A stretch of 11,109 nucleotides of DNA. Origin: Gemmatimonadaceae bacterium. GTDB taxonomy: Bacteria; Gemmatimonadota; Gemmatimonadetes; Gemmatimonadales; Gemmatimonadaceae. Location: contig JANRJP010000010.1 in NCBI GenBank assembly GCA_033763905.1, forward strand, positions 1-11,109, read 5' to 3'. A program made the translations under genes and the position numbers. Shown piece by piece: positions 1 to 7,391 of the stretch (positions are counted from its first letter, which is position 1; each line of letters opens with the position of its first letter). The notes under the pieces were generated by a model. It saw only the letters and a program-made list of their open reading frames with translations. It was not told the origin of the DNA and made no database searches.

Positions 1-97
1 GGACCCCAAGGATCAGGATCACCACGAACGTGGGCAACGCGAGCGTGAGCGCGGCGCCCGCGCCGAGGTCGCGGAGCAGATCCAGCAGCCGCTTCAC
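1..97 (-). CDS. Partial (N-terminus only) membrane protein; last visible gene of the Ytr-type ABC operon
   Basis: GTG at 97-95 overlaps the TGA of the upstream gene (GTGA, 97-94). Reads MKRLLDLLRDLGAGAALTLALPTFVVILILGV..., a basic N-terminus followed by a hydrophobic helix, and stays open to the window edge. Absent from the ORF track. Confidence 0.7.
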   Translation of the reverse strand, partial: MKRLLDLLRDLGAGAALTLALPTFVVILILGV

Positions 98-1077
98 GAG
101 GGCCTCCGCCGTGTAATGGCGAGCGATGTTCCGAGGAGCAGGCCGACCCACAGCACGTCGGTCAGGGCCACATCGGTGCGGACACCGGCCAAAGCGCGGG
201 ACCAGCGGGCAATCACGGTGTCCGACGGGACGCGCGCCGCGGCGGTGATCCGATCGGGCGTCGACGCCGTCGAGTCGGCGATCAGCCGACGCCACGCGCC
301 GGGGCCGCCAATATCCACGGCGAATTGCACGACGGACGCACGAACAGCCCCGCGCAATGCGGCCGAGGCGCCGGTCGTATCGAAGACCACCGCGCGGCAT
401 TGCCGTACATCCCCGGTGAGGCACTCGCGACTGGCGACGCCTGCGGCGAGCACGATGCGCCGGTCATCGCGAAGGTCGCGGTCGCGGAAGGGCTTCAGCG
501 GAACGGCCGTGGCCACCCAGCGACGCATTGCGCGATCGGTTCGCGCGTGCGTGGCACTCGCCACCGTGAACAGTACGCGATCAGCAAGCGCGGTGACTTC
601 GGCGGATTCGAATTCGACGGCGTACCCGTTTCGGCGAGCGGCCGGATCGCCGAAGCCGATCCCGACCGGGGTCGAGAACCACCCGAGGCCTAACGGCGCG
701 CGGCTGTGCAGCGCCGGCCCGACAAACGCGATGGAGTCGCCAAGTGCGACACGCAGCGACTCGCCGAGTCGCTCGCGGACGACGCGCGCCGCGCGCCGGA
801 AAGCGGAGTCGGCCACAGCCCGTTGCGCCGAGCCAGTGAGCACACGGACGCCGTCGATGGTTAGCGTGTCGGTCAAACGGCCTCGTAATCGATCCGTGCG
901 TGTCTGTTGCCGCGCATTGCGTATCGCCAATATCGAGTCGCGCGTTGCGACCCACTGGCGACGGAGCGAGTCGAGTGGCGACTCCGCCCCTTGAGCCTCC
1001 ACCGCAGACGCGGCGAGCGACGCCGCAACGGCGACGCAACGCAGTGTACGCAGGGCGTGGTGAGGTTGCGCGCGCAT
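94..1077 (-). CDS. Hypothetical exported protein (327 aa) with N-terminal signal peptide and C-terminal transmembrane anchor
   Basis: Likely start is ATG 1077, overlapping the permease stop (TAATG). N-terminus MRAQPHHALRTLRCVAVAASLAASAVEA|Q looks like a Sec signal. C-terminus VLWVGLLLGTSLAITRRRPS is a TM helix plus basic tail. The ORF-track extension to 1710 is an alternative frame over the permease. Confidence 0.8.
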   Translation of the reverse strand: MRAQPHHALRTLRCVAVAASLAASAVEAQGAESPLDSLRRQWVATRDSILAIRNARQQTRTDRLRGRLTDTLTIDGVRVLTGSAQRAVADSAFRRAARVVRERLGESLRVALGDSIAFVGPALHSRAPLGLGWFSTPVGIGFGDPAARRNGYAVEFESAEVTALADRVLFTVASATHARTDRAMRRWVATAVPLKPFRDRDLRDDRRIVLAAGVASRECLTGDVRQCRAVVFDTTGASAALRGAVRASVVQFAVDIGGPGAWRRLIADSTASTPDRITAAARVPSDTVIARWSRALAGVRTDVALTDVLWVGLLLGTSLAITRRRPS

Positions 1078-1763
1078 TAGATATCCACCAGCATCCAAGA
1101 GCCCACCCACAGGTGCAGCGGTCCGCCGCTCGAGAACGCCCAGCGGAACACCGGGCGCGCGATCGAGACGACGCCCATCGATTCCAGCAACACCCAGAGG
1201 CCGAGTCCGGCAAGCGCGACGAGCAGCATCACCGTGGTGCGCGCTGTTACCTGCTGCGCGCCGACGTTGAGCCGCGACAGCGGGAACATCAGTGACAGCA
1301 CCAGCAATGACGCGCCGGTCGTCCGCACCGCGATGGCGACCGGGTAGGCGTGCAGCCCAGGGGGCAAGGACACGAACATCGCGTACGCCCCGCCGATGAT
1401 CAGCATCGCGAGCCCCACGCCGAGGATGAGCGTGACCGCCACGGCGTACTCCAGGGCCGCCAAATGCCAACGTTCGAGCGGCAACGCCATCAGGTACACA
1501 CCACGATTGCGCGACCCTTCTTCCGCCCAGCTCGCGGCCGCCGCGAACGCCATCGTGAGAGCGGTGACGATCAAGATGCCGCCGCCAACGGCCGAGAGCG
1601 ACAGCAAGCGGCCCGCGTCGCCGCCACCCTCGCGCCACGCCCCGAAGGTCGAGGGCGTGAGGTGCGGGGTCGCGTACGCCGCGATCACCGCAATCACTGC
1701 CCCGAACCACACCGGCCGCGTGAGACCGAACTGTACGCGCAACAGCGCCAGATAGAGATTCAT
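1077..1763 (-). CDS. ABC-2-type exporter permease (228 aa, about 6 TM)
   Basis: ATG 1763 overlaps the ATPase stop (ATGA), with SD GGAGG upstream. Multiple hydrophobic helices and the cytoplasmic-loop motif WAEEGSRNRGVYLMALPLERWHL typical of ABC-2 permeases. Confidence 0.85.
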   Translation of the reverse strand: MNLYLALLRVQFGLTRPVWFGAVIAVIAAYATPHLTPSTFGAWREGGGDAGRLLSLSAVGGGILIVTALTMAFAAAASWAEEGSRNRGVYLMALPLERWHLAALEYAVAVTLILGVGLAMLIIGGAYAMFVSLPPGLHAYPVAIAVRTTGASLLVLSLMFPLSRLNVGAQQVTARTTVMLLVALAGLGLWVLLESMGVVSIARPVFRWAFSSGGPLHLWVGSWMLVDI

Positions 1764-2665
1764 CGCCCTTCCTCCCGCCGCCGCGCCGCGCGGAGCAGCT
1801 CCACGAACCCTTCTTCCAGATCGAGATCGATCACGTCGCGCAACTCGCACGATGCGCCATCGAACCACTGCTGCATCGACGGATTCCAGCCGCGCACCAC
1901 CCACTCTTCGACGCTGCCGAGCGTCGTATGGCGGCCCAGCACGACGAACGGCGCGTCCGGCAGCTGCGCCGGTGCACTGGCCACGCGAAGCCGCTTGAGA
2001 CCGTCCTTGAACACCTGCATCGGGAGCTCGGCGACGATCGTACCCGCATCGAGCACGCCGACCCAATCGCAGATGCGCTCGAGCTCGAAGACGAGATGGC
2101 TCGAGATGAACACCGTCGCGCCGGCGTCGGCGACGTAGTCCAGCACGGCGCTCAACACATCGCGGCGCACCACGGGATCCAGTCCGTCGGTGGGCTCGTC
2201 GAGAATCAGCAGCTCCGGACGCTGCGCCAAGGCGAGCAGCATCATCAGCTTGCCCGCTTCGCCCTTGGAGAGTCGCTGGATCTTGGTGTCGGGGCGCAGT
2301 CGGAACTCGCGCCGCAACGCCTCGCCACGCTCAGCGTCCCACCGCGCCTCGAACGCGACCGAGTGGAATCGGATCATCTCTTCGACCGTGAGCTTCTCGA
2401 AGAGGTGCAGCTTCTCGGGCACGTAGCCAACACGGACGAGGGCCGACGGGAGCTGTTGGGGCACCTCCGCACCGAGCACGCGGATGCTGCCGGCGCTGGC
2501 CTTGAGCAGCCCCATCAGACAGCGGATCGTGCTGGTCTTGCCGGAGCCGTTCGCGCCGAGGAAGCCGTAGATCGAGCCGGTCGGCACGTTGAGGTTCACG
2601 TCGCGGAGCTCGAAGCCTTTGCCGAGCACTCGGCCGAGCCCGCGGGTTTCGATCGCGTAGCTCAC
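1760..2665 (-). CDS. ABC transporter ATP-binding protein, YtrB/drug-exporter type (301 aa)
   Basis: GTG 2665 overlaps the GntR stop (GTGA). Walker A GANGSGKT, signature LSKGE, Walker B/D-loop LLILDEPTDGLDP, H-loop ISSH, C-terminal DLEEGFVELL. Confidence 0.95.
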   Translation of the reverse strand: MSYAIETRGLGRVLGKGFELRDVNLNVPTGSIYGFLGANGSGKTSTIRCLMGLLKASAGSIRVLGAEVPQQLPSALVRVGYVPEKLHLFEKLTVEEMIRFHSVAFEARWDAERGEALRREFRLRPDTKIQRLSKGEAGKLMMLLALAQRPELLILDEPTDGLDPVVRRDVLSAVLDYVADAGATVFISSHLVFELERICDWVGVLDAGTIVAELPMQVFKDGLKRLRVASAPAQLPDAPFVVLGRHTTLGSVEEWVVRGWNPSMQQWFDGASCELRDVIDLDLEEGFVELLRAARRREEGR

Positions 2666-3042
2666 GAGCGCCCCCTGGTGGTTTCGTCCCGCAGAATCTC
2701 CGCGACATCGGTCGCGGTCAGACCGAGGCGCGCGGCGTCGTCGAGCAACTGCCGCACGCGCTGCCGAAACTCGCGACGACGTTCGGCGGTGTGTCGCTCG
2801 GGGGGCACCTCGCGCACGAAGGTACCGGCACCCTGTCGCATGTCGATGAGCATTTCGGTTTCGAGCTCCCGGTAGGCCTGCACCACCGTGGCAGGATTCA
2901 CGCGCAACTCCGCCGCCAGCGCCCGGACGCTCGGCAGCCCGTCCCCAGCCCGCAGTTCGCCCGCCGCCACGGCGCCGCGGACGGCGTTGGCGATCTGGGA
3001 GTACAGCGGAATGGGCGAGCGTGGGTCGATACGATCGAACAC
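2662..3042 (-). CDS. GntR-family transcriptional regulator, YtrA subfamily (126 aa)
   Basis: wHTH motifs PLYSQIA...GELRAGDGLPSVRALAAELRVNPATVVQAYRELE...RQGAGTFV, a short two-helix C-terminus, and first position in an ABC operon. Confidence 0.95.
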   Translation of the reverse strand: MFDRIDPRSPIPLYSQIANAVRGAVAAGELRAGDGLPSVRALAAELRVNPATVVQAYRELETEMLIDMRQGAGTFVREVPPERHTAERRREFRQRVRQLLDDAARLGLTATDVAEILRDETTRGRS

Positions 3043-3049
3043 GGCGGGG

Positions 3050-3077
3050 TGTGTTAGTGTGTTGGTACACTAATACA
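3050..3077. promoter_or_regulatory. Palindromic operator, probable YtrA-type GntR autoregulatory site
   Basis: TGTGTTAGTGT-gttggt-ACACTAATACA: 11-bp arms with 10/11 complementarity, AT-rich in GC-rich DNA, 7 bp upstream of the GntR start. Overlaps a weak candidate minus-strand promoter TTGCGC(3099-3094)-18-TATTAG(3075-3070). Confidence 0.8.
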
Positions 3078-3122
3078 GTCAGCCCACACAGTTGCGCAAG
3101 TCCCAGTGTGCGAGACTGTCGG

Positions 3123-3152
3123 TTCAAGCTCCGAGGATGGCCGGCCGACACT
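3123..3152 (+). promoter_or_regulatory. Candidate sigma70-type promoter for the receiver-domain gene (leaderless geometry)
   Basis: TTCAAG(3123-3128)-18 nt-GACACT(3147-3152), 6 nt before ATG 3159. No SD at normal spacing. Confidence 0.4.
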
Positions 3153-3158
3153 TCCACT

Positions 3159-3551
3159 ATGCCCGTGCAGACCGTGGTGCTGATCGCCGAGGACGATGAC
3201 GCCGTCCGCAGCGTGCTCGTGCGCTCGCTTTCGCGCGAGGGCTTTGGCGTGGTCGAAACGTGGGACGGAACCGAGGCGCTCCGCGCACTCGAGTCGAACG
3301 CGGATCTCCCCGACGTGCTCATCACCGATGTGGCAATGCCCGGGTTGTCGGGGCCGGACCTCGCAGGCCGCGTCAGCACGCGCTGGCCGAGCGTGCGCAT
3401 CGGATTCATCACCGCGTATGCGGGTGAGCACGCGGTGCGGATGGTGACCACCGGACATCCGGTGTTGCCAAAGCCGTTCACGCACGACGAGTTGATTGCC
3501 TTCGTGCGCAAGCTCGCCGGCACACCGATGGGCCAAGTCGCCGGCGACTGA
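3159..3551 (+). CDS. Single-domain response regulator (CheY-like receiver, 130 aa)
   Basis: Acidic pocket VLIAEDD, phospho-acceptor Asp in ITDVAMPGLSG, switch Thr in FITAY, and LPKPF lysine. No output domain. Start placed at ATG 3159. Confidence 0.92.
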   Translation: MPVQTVVLIAEDDDAVRSVLVRSLSREGFGVVETWDGTEALRALESNADLPDVLITDVAMPGLSGPDLAGRVSTRWPSVRIGFITAYAGEHAVRMVTTGHPVLPKPFTHDELIAFVRKLAGTPMGQVAGD

Positions 3552-3558
3552 CGCGGCC

Positions 3559-3588
3559 TTGCCGCGTGCCGGTGCCCGCGCGTAACTT
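3559..3588 (+). promoter_or_regulatory. sigma70-type promoter of tRNA-Gly
   Basis: TTGCCG(3559-3564)-18 nt-TAACTT(3583-3588), 9 nt before the mature tRNA 5' end. Confidence 0.7.
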
Positions 3589-3597
3589 TTGTACATC

Positions 3598-3670
3598 GCG
3601 GGCGTAGCTCAGTTGGTAGAGCGCCAGCTTCCCAAGCTGGATGTCGTGGGTTCGAACCCCATCGCCCGCT
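3598..3670 (+). tRNA. tRNA-Gly (anticodon CCC)
   Basis: Acceptor stem GCGGGCG/CGCCCGC, D-arm GCTC-AGTTGGTA-GAGC, anticodon arm CCAGC-TT CCC AA-GCTGG (CCC at 3631-3633), T-arm GTGGG-TTCGAAC-CCCAT, discriminator U. CCA is not encoded. Confidence 0.98.
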
Positions 3671-3681
3671 CTTCGTGAATC

Positions 3682-3709
3682 AGCCCGAGCCCACTGGCTC
3701 GGGCTTTTT
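3682..3709 (+). terminator. Rho-independent terminator after tRNA-Gly
   Basis: Perfect 10-bp stem AGCCCGAGCC-CACT-GGCTCGGGCT followed by TTTT. Lies between the tRNA and the convergent MgtC/DUF4010 gene. Confidence 0.9.
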
Positions 3710-3724
3710 CGTTGCCAGCGGCGC

Positions 3725-5002
3725 TCAGCGACCGAGCAGGAGCACGCTGGTCAGCGACGCGATCAGCAGCGCGCCGAGCCCGACACCGGCCGTTTTCCGC
3801 AGGCCGGCCGTGCCGATGCCCAGCGCGAGGCCGAGCTTGAGCAGCGTGTTGGCCACGATCCCCACGGCAATCGCCTGCGCCGCCATTTCGTGCAAGCGCT
3901 CATCGCGCCCCATCCGCGCCATCGAGAACGTCAGCGCATCCATATCGGTCAGCCCGAGCACGAAGGCCGACACCAGCACGCCGGCATTGCCGAACCACTC
4001 CGACGCCGCGCGAATCGCAAACAGCGCCACCTGAAACGCGAGGGCCATCTGTAGCGCCGAGCCAAGCCGAAGCGGAGACCCCAGCGACGTGCTGGTGGCG
4101 AGTGGATCGCTCACGCGCCCACGCCAGAGCACCACGCCAATCGCGACCACGCCGACCGCAAACGGAGCCGCGAGATACTTGAGCAACGCGAGCGCCGTAC
4201 CCGGGTCGAGTGAGGTCGTCACGACCGCGACGCGGACGAGGAGCACGGTGCAGGCGGCCACCACGCCCAAGCCCAACGACGAGCCGAGCGCTGGTTCGGT
4301 GCGCGATGTTCGACTGAACTGCAGCGTGATCGCGGTGCTCGACACCAAGCCGCCGAGCAGTCCGGCCACGCCGTAGCCCCTCGCCGCGCCCACCCAGCGG
4401 TGGGCGACGAACCCGCCGTAGTTCACCGCTGCAAACACGAGCACGACGGTCCACAAGGCGCGCGGATTGACGCCTCCCCAGGGGCCGTAGGCGCGGTCGG
4501 GCAACAGCGGCAACACCACCAAGGCCAGTACGGCGAACTGCAGCGCGCCACGCAGTTCGGCCTCGCCCAGATGCTGAATCACCCCGTGCAGTTGGGCTTT
4601 GCTGATCAGCGCTGCCACGACGAGTGCCCCCGCGCCAGCCGCAATGGTGGTGTGTCCCATCCCCGCCAGCACGCCGAGCGCGATGACCACCAACGCCGAC
4701 ACCTCGGTCGTGCCGTCCGCTGTGGCGCCGGGGCGTCGCGTCACCACGACGTAGGACACCACACTGAGCGCGCCTGCGGCTGCGACCAGTGCGACCGCCA
4801 GCGCCAGCCAGCCGACGGTGATGAGGTGGCCGCTGATCCCGCCAAGCAGGCCCAGCAGAAACAGGGTGCGCAGGCCGGCAAATCGCGCGTCGGGCCCCGT
4901 CGTGTGGCCGGTGCGTTCGCGCTCCAGTCCCACGGCGAGGCCGATCGCTGCGGCCACACCGAGCCGCGCCACCAACGTGAACTCTGGAGTCGCAGCCTGC
5001 AT
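3725..5002 (-). CDS. MgtC/SapB-family membrane protein with DUF4010 domain (about 425 aa)
   Basis: N-terminal RLGVAAAIGLAVGLERE...FAGLRT...GTTEV (MgtC-like), then LPLLPDRAYGPWGGVNP, GLLGGLVSSTAIT, NPL-like SPLRL, GLTDMDA and ANTLLK motifs. Start ATG 5002 preferred; ATG 5017 possible. Confidence 0.9.
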   Translation of the reverse strand: MQAATPEFTLVARLGVAAAIGLAVGLERERTGHTTGPDARFAGLRTLFLLGLLGGISGHLITVGWLALAVALVAAAGALSVVSYVVVTRRPGATADGTTEVSALVVIALGVLAGMGHTTIAAGAGALVVAALISKAQLHGVIQHLGEAELRGALQFAVLALVVLPLLPDRAYGPWGGVNPRALWTVVLVFAAVNYGGFVAHRWVGAARGYGVAGLLGGLVSSTAITLQFSRTSRTEPALGSSLGLGVVAACTVLLVRVAVVTTSLDPGTALALLKYLAAPFAVGVVAIGVVLWRGRVSDPLATSTSLGSPLRLGSALQMALAFQVALFAIRAASEWFGNAGVLVSAFVLGLTDMDALTFSMARMGRDERLHEMAAQAIAVGIVANTLLKLGLALGIGTAGLRKTAGVGLGALLIASLTSVLLLGR

Positions 5003-5036
5003 ACACGAAATGTGCATCAATTCGGCGAGCGCCGCG

Positions 5037-5066
5037 TTGCGTCGAGGATTGTGCCGGTGCCATTCT
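5037..5066 (+). promoter_or_regulatory. Candidate promoter of the mlaE operon (leaderless geometry)
   Basis: TTGCGT(5037-5042)-18 nt-CATTCT(5061-5066) with an extended -10 TGn, 5 nt before ATG 5072. No SD. Confidence 0.55.
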
Positions 5067-5071
5067 TCGAT

Positions 5072-5905
5072 ATGGCCACGCCGGTGCTTCCCGCACCTCC
5101 CTCGAGCGGGTGGATCCGCGCTGTGGCGCCGATTCGGGCCATCGGTGCCACGGCCTCGCACGCGATCGCCGACGTCGGCGATCTGGGGCGCTTCACCGCG
5201 CGGGTGGCGCGCGCGGCGCTCGATCTACGCACCTGGCGCGGGCAGCTCGGCGCGCAAATGCGCAGTCTTGGCGTGGACTCGGTGCCGATCGGCATTTTCA
5301 TTGCCGTCTTCACCGGCGTCGTGCTCGCGCTCTTGGCGAGCTACTCGTTCACGAAGGCGGTGCCGCTGTATTTCGTCGGCACCTTGGTCGAGAAGACGAT
5401 CACACTCGAACTCGGCCCCGTGCTCACCGGGCTTGCGCTGGCGGGGCGCGTCGGCGCCAACATCGCCGCGGAACTCGGCACGATGAAGGTGACGGAGCAG
5501 GTCGATGCGCTTGAGACCCTGGCCTTCGACCCGCTGGCGTATCTCGTCGTACCGCGCATCATCGCGGGTACGGTGATGTTCCCGGTGGTGGTGGCCTTCG
5601 CGATGGTCGTCGGTGTGAGCGCGGGCTGGGCGTCGTCGGTGGCGCTGCTCGGCATGACGTCGGACGATTTCTTGAAGGGCGTGCGGCTCTTCTTCGGTCC
5701 GTTCGACGTCACGTACGGCCTGGTGAAGGCGGCGAGCTTCGGCGCCTTCGTGACGCTGGTCGGTTGTCGCGAAGGCCTTCGGACGCGCGGCGGCGCCGAA
5801 GGCGTCGGGCGTGCGGCCACGCGCGCGGTGGTGCAGGGCGCCGTGCTGATCCTGGTGCTCGACGCGTTCTGGGCGATCACCTGGCTCCTCGGGAGAAAGA
5901 CGTGA
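5072..5905 (+). CDS. mlaE: MlaE-family ABC permease of an MCE lipid transporter (277 aa)
   Basis: Motifs LGVDSVPI, ELGPVLTGLALAGRVGANIAAELGTMKVTEQVDALETLAFDPLAYLVVPR and GGAEGVGRAATRAVV. Confidence 0.95.
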   Translation: MATPVLPAPPSSGWIRAVAPIRAIGATASHAIADVGDLGRFTARVARAALDLRTWRGQLGAQMRSLGVDSVPIGIFIAVFTGVVLALLASYSFTKAVPLYFVGTLVEKTITLELGPVLTGLALAGRVGANIAAELGTMKVTEQVDALETLAFDPLAYLVVPRIIAGTVMFPVVVAFAMVVGVSAGWASSVALLGMTSDDFLKGVRLFFGPFDVTYGLVKAASFGAFVTLVGCREGLRTRGGAEGVGRAATRAVVQGAVLILVLDAFWAITWLLGRKT

Positions 5906-6918
5906 GCACCAAGCGCGGCAGTGACCTGCTCGTCGGGCTGGTGATTCTGCTCGGCATCGGTTTGCTCATTGGCGCGACGCTCTGGCTGCAGCGCGCCGAC
6001 CTGGGCGGGCGCAAGCGCGAGGTCATCGCGCGCTTCCGCGACGCGGGCAACATTCGCGTCGGCAACAGCGTCACGATTCGCGGGGTGACGGCGGGTCGCG
6101 TCGATCAACTCGAGTTGGCCGATAGCGGCTGGGTGCACGTGCGCGTGCGGTTGGCCCCGGAGATCGAACTGCCGCCAGCGCCGGTAATGGTGCTGTACCA
6201 GCAGTCGCTCTTCGGCGAATGGGCGGCGACGTTCGTCACCCGCAGTACCGCCGATCAAGTCAGCGACGATGCGCGCAAGCAATTGGCCGAAGCGGCGCTG
6301 GGCAGCGGCGACATTCTGCCGGGAATCGTCTTGCCGGACATTGCGCAGCTGACAGCAGTGGCGGGGCAGATCGCCAATTCGTTCAACCGGCTCACCGACC
6401 GCTTCGGCCGCGCCTTCGACGACAGCGCCGCGCGCGAAGTGCGGAGTACCTTCAAGAACACGGCCTCGCTTGCCCGCCAGCTCGAGCAGAGCGTGAAGCG
6501 GCAGAGCGGCAACCTGGATCGCCTGTCGTCGGATCTGCTCGCGTCGGTCGAAGCGCTCGACTCGGCGGCGGTGGCGTTGCAGCGAACCGCCGGCCGCGCG
6601 GATCGTGCCACCGCCGACGGTGACGTCGCGCGCGCGGTGAAGGACGCCGCCGAGGCCGCCGCGACGTTGCGCGCGGCGTCGGCCGACATTCGGAGCTTGG
6701 CTCGCGCCCTGTCGGCGGAGCAGGGCAGCCTACTCAGCGTGCTCGCGCGGGCCGATACCGCCCTCGCCCGAGTGACGACGGGTGACGGCACGATGGGCTT
6801 GCTGCTCCGCGATCCGTCGCTGTACCGCAACGCCGACTCGTTGCTGCTGGAACTGCGCGGCTTGGCCGCCGACGTGAAGGCGAATCCGAGGAAGTACGTG
6901 AACCTCAAGGTGTTCTGA
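5902..6918 (+). CDS. mlaD: MCE/MlaD-family protein with long helical C-terminal region (338 aa)
   Basis: GTGA overlap with mlaE and SD GGGAG at 5891-5895. N-terminal TM (LLVGLVILLGIGLLIGATLWL), MCE domain (ARFRDAGNIRVGNSVTIRGVTAGRV...SLFGE), Ala/Leu-rich helical stretch, C-terminus GTMGLLLRDPSLY...NPRKYVNLKVF. Confidence 0.92.
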   Translation: MSTKRGSDLLVGLVILLGIGLLIGATLWLQRADLGGRKREVIARFRDAGNIRVGNSVTIRGVTAGRVDQLELADSGWVHVRVRLAPEIELPPAPVMVLYQQSLFGEWAATFVTRSTADQVSDDARKQLAEAALGSGDILPGIVLPDIAQLTAVAGQIANSFNRLTDRFGRAFDDSAAREVRSTFKNTASLARQLEQSVKRQSGNLDRLSSDLLASVEALDSAAVALQRTAGRADRATADGDVARAVKDAAEAAATLRAASADIRSLARALSAEQGSLLSVLARADTALARVTTGDGTMGLLLRDPSLYRNADSLLLELRGLAADVKANPRKYVNLKVF

Positions 6919-6932
6919 TCCGGGAGACGACG

Positions 6933-7385
6933 ATGAGCCCGAAGGCAGAGTATCGAGCGCTGTCCCGCCCCGAATGCGTGGCCATTCTGGCACGCAACCG
7001 CGTGGGGCGGCTGGCATATGCGTTCAAGGACAAAGTCGACATTGAGCCGATTGGCTACGTGTGGGATGATGACACACTGTTCTTCCGCACGGCGCCGGGG
7101 TTCAAGCTGGAAACCCTGCAGCATTCGCCGTGGGTCGCCTTCGAGGTGGACGAGATCGAAGGACCGTTCCAGTGGGCGTCGGTCGTGGTGAAGGGCACCG
7201 TGTACTTCTTGCGGTCGAGTGGCACCGAGTTCGACTTGGCCACGTGGGAGCGCGGCCGCGCGGCGCTTCGCCGAGCCGATCCAACGGTTGGCACGCCGCG
7301 TGACCAGGCCAGCGATCGCACCAATCTGTTCCGCATTCACGTCGATGAGATCACCGGGCGAGCCGCCGGTAGCGCAGGCGCCTGA
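6933..7385 (+). CDS. Pyridoxamine 5'-phosphate oxidase-like flavin-binding split-barrel protein (150 aa)
   Basis: LSRPECVAILARNRVGRLA, FRTAPGFKL...VAFEVDE, WASVVVKG and RIHVDEITGR motifs. SD GGGAG at 6922-6926. Confidence 0.9.
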   Translation: MSPKAEYRALSRPECVAILARNRVGRLAYAFKDKVDIEPIGYVWDDDTLFFRTAPGFKLETLQHSPWVAFEVDEIEGPFQWASVVVKGTVYFLRSSGTEFDLATWERGRAALRRADPTVGTPRDQASDRTNLFRIHVDEITGRAAGSAGA

Positions 7386-7391
7386 GGCACG

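Noticed and set aside
94..1710. 538-aa version of the exported protein
   Set aside because: The first 211 residues are an alternative frame over the permease. The signal peptide and TAATG coupling point to a start at 1077.
1760..3523. 587-aa ATPase with a long N-terminal extension, or a GntR-ATPase fusion
   Set aside because: The extension overlaps GntR in another frame and the receiver gene in antisense. The GTGA-coupled start at 2665 gives a normal ATPase.
3668..3673. Missing encoded CCA as a sign of a tRNA pseudogene
   Set aside because: Many bacteria add CCA post-transcriptionally, and the cloverleaf, promoter and terminator are intact.
3598..3725. tRNA-Gly as an integration site for a genomic island or prophage
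   Set aside because: No integrase and no duplicated tRNA 3' end seen in the window; the native terminator follows directly.
4400..5161. Long bidirectional overlap of the MgtC/DUF4010 and mlaE ORFs
   Set aside because: An artefact of longest-ORF calling. Realistic starts at 5002 (-) and 5072 (+) leave a 69-bp divergent promoter gap.
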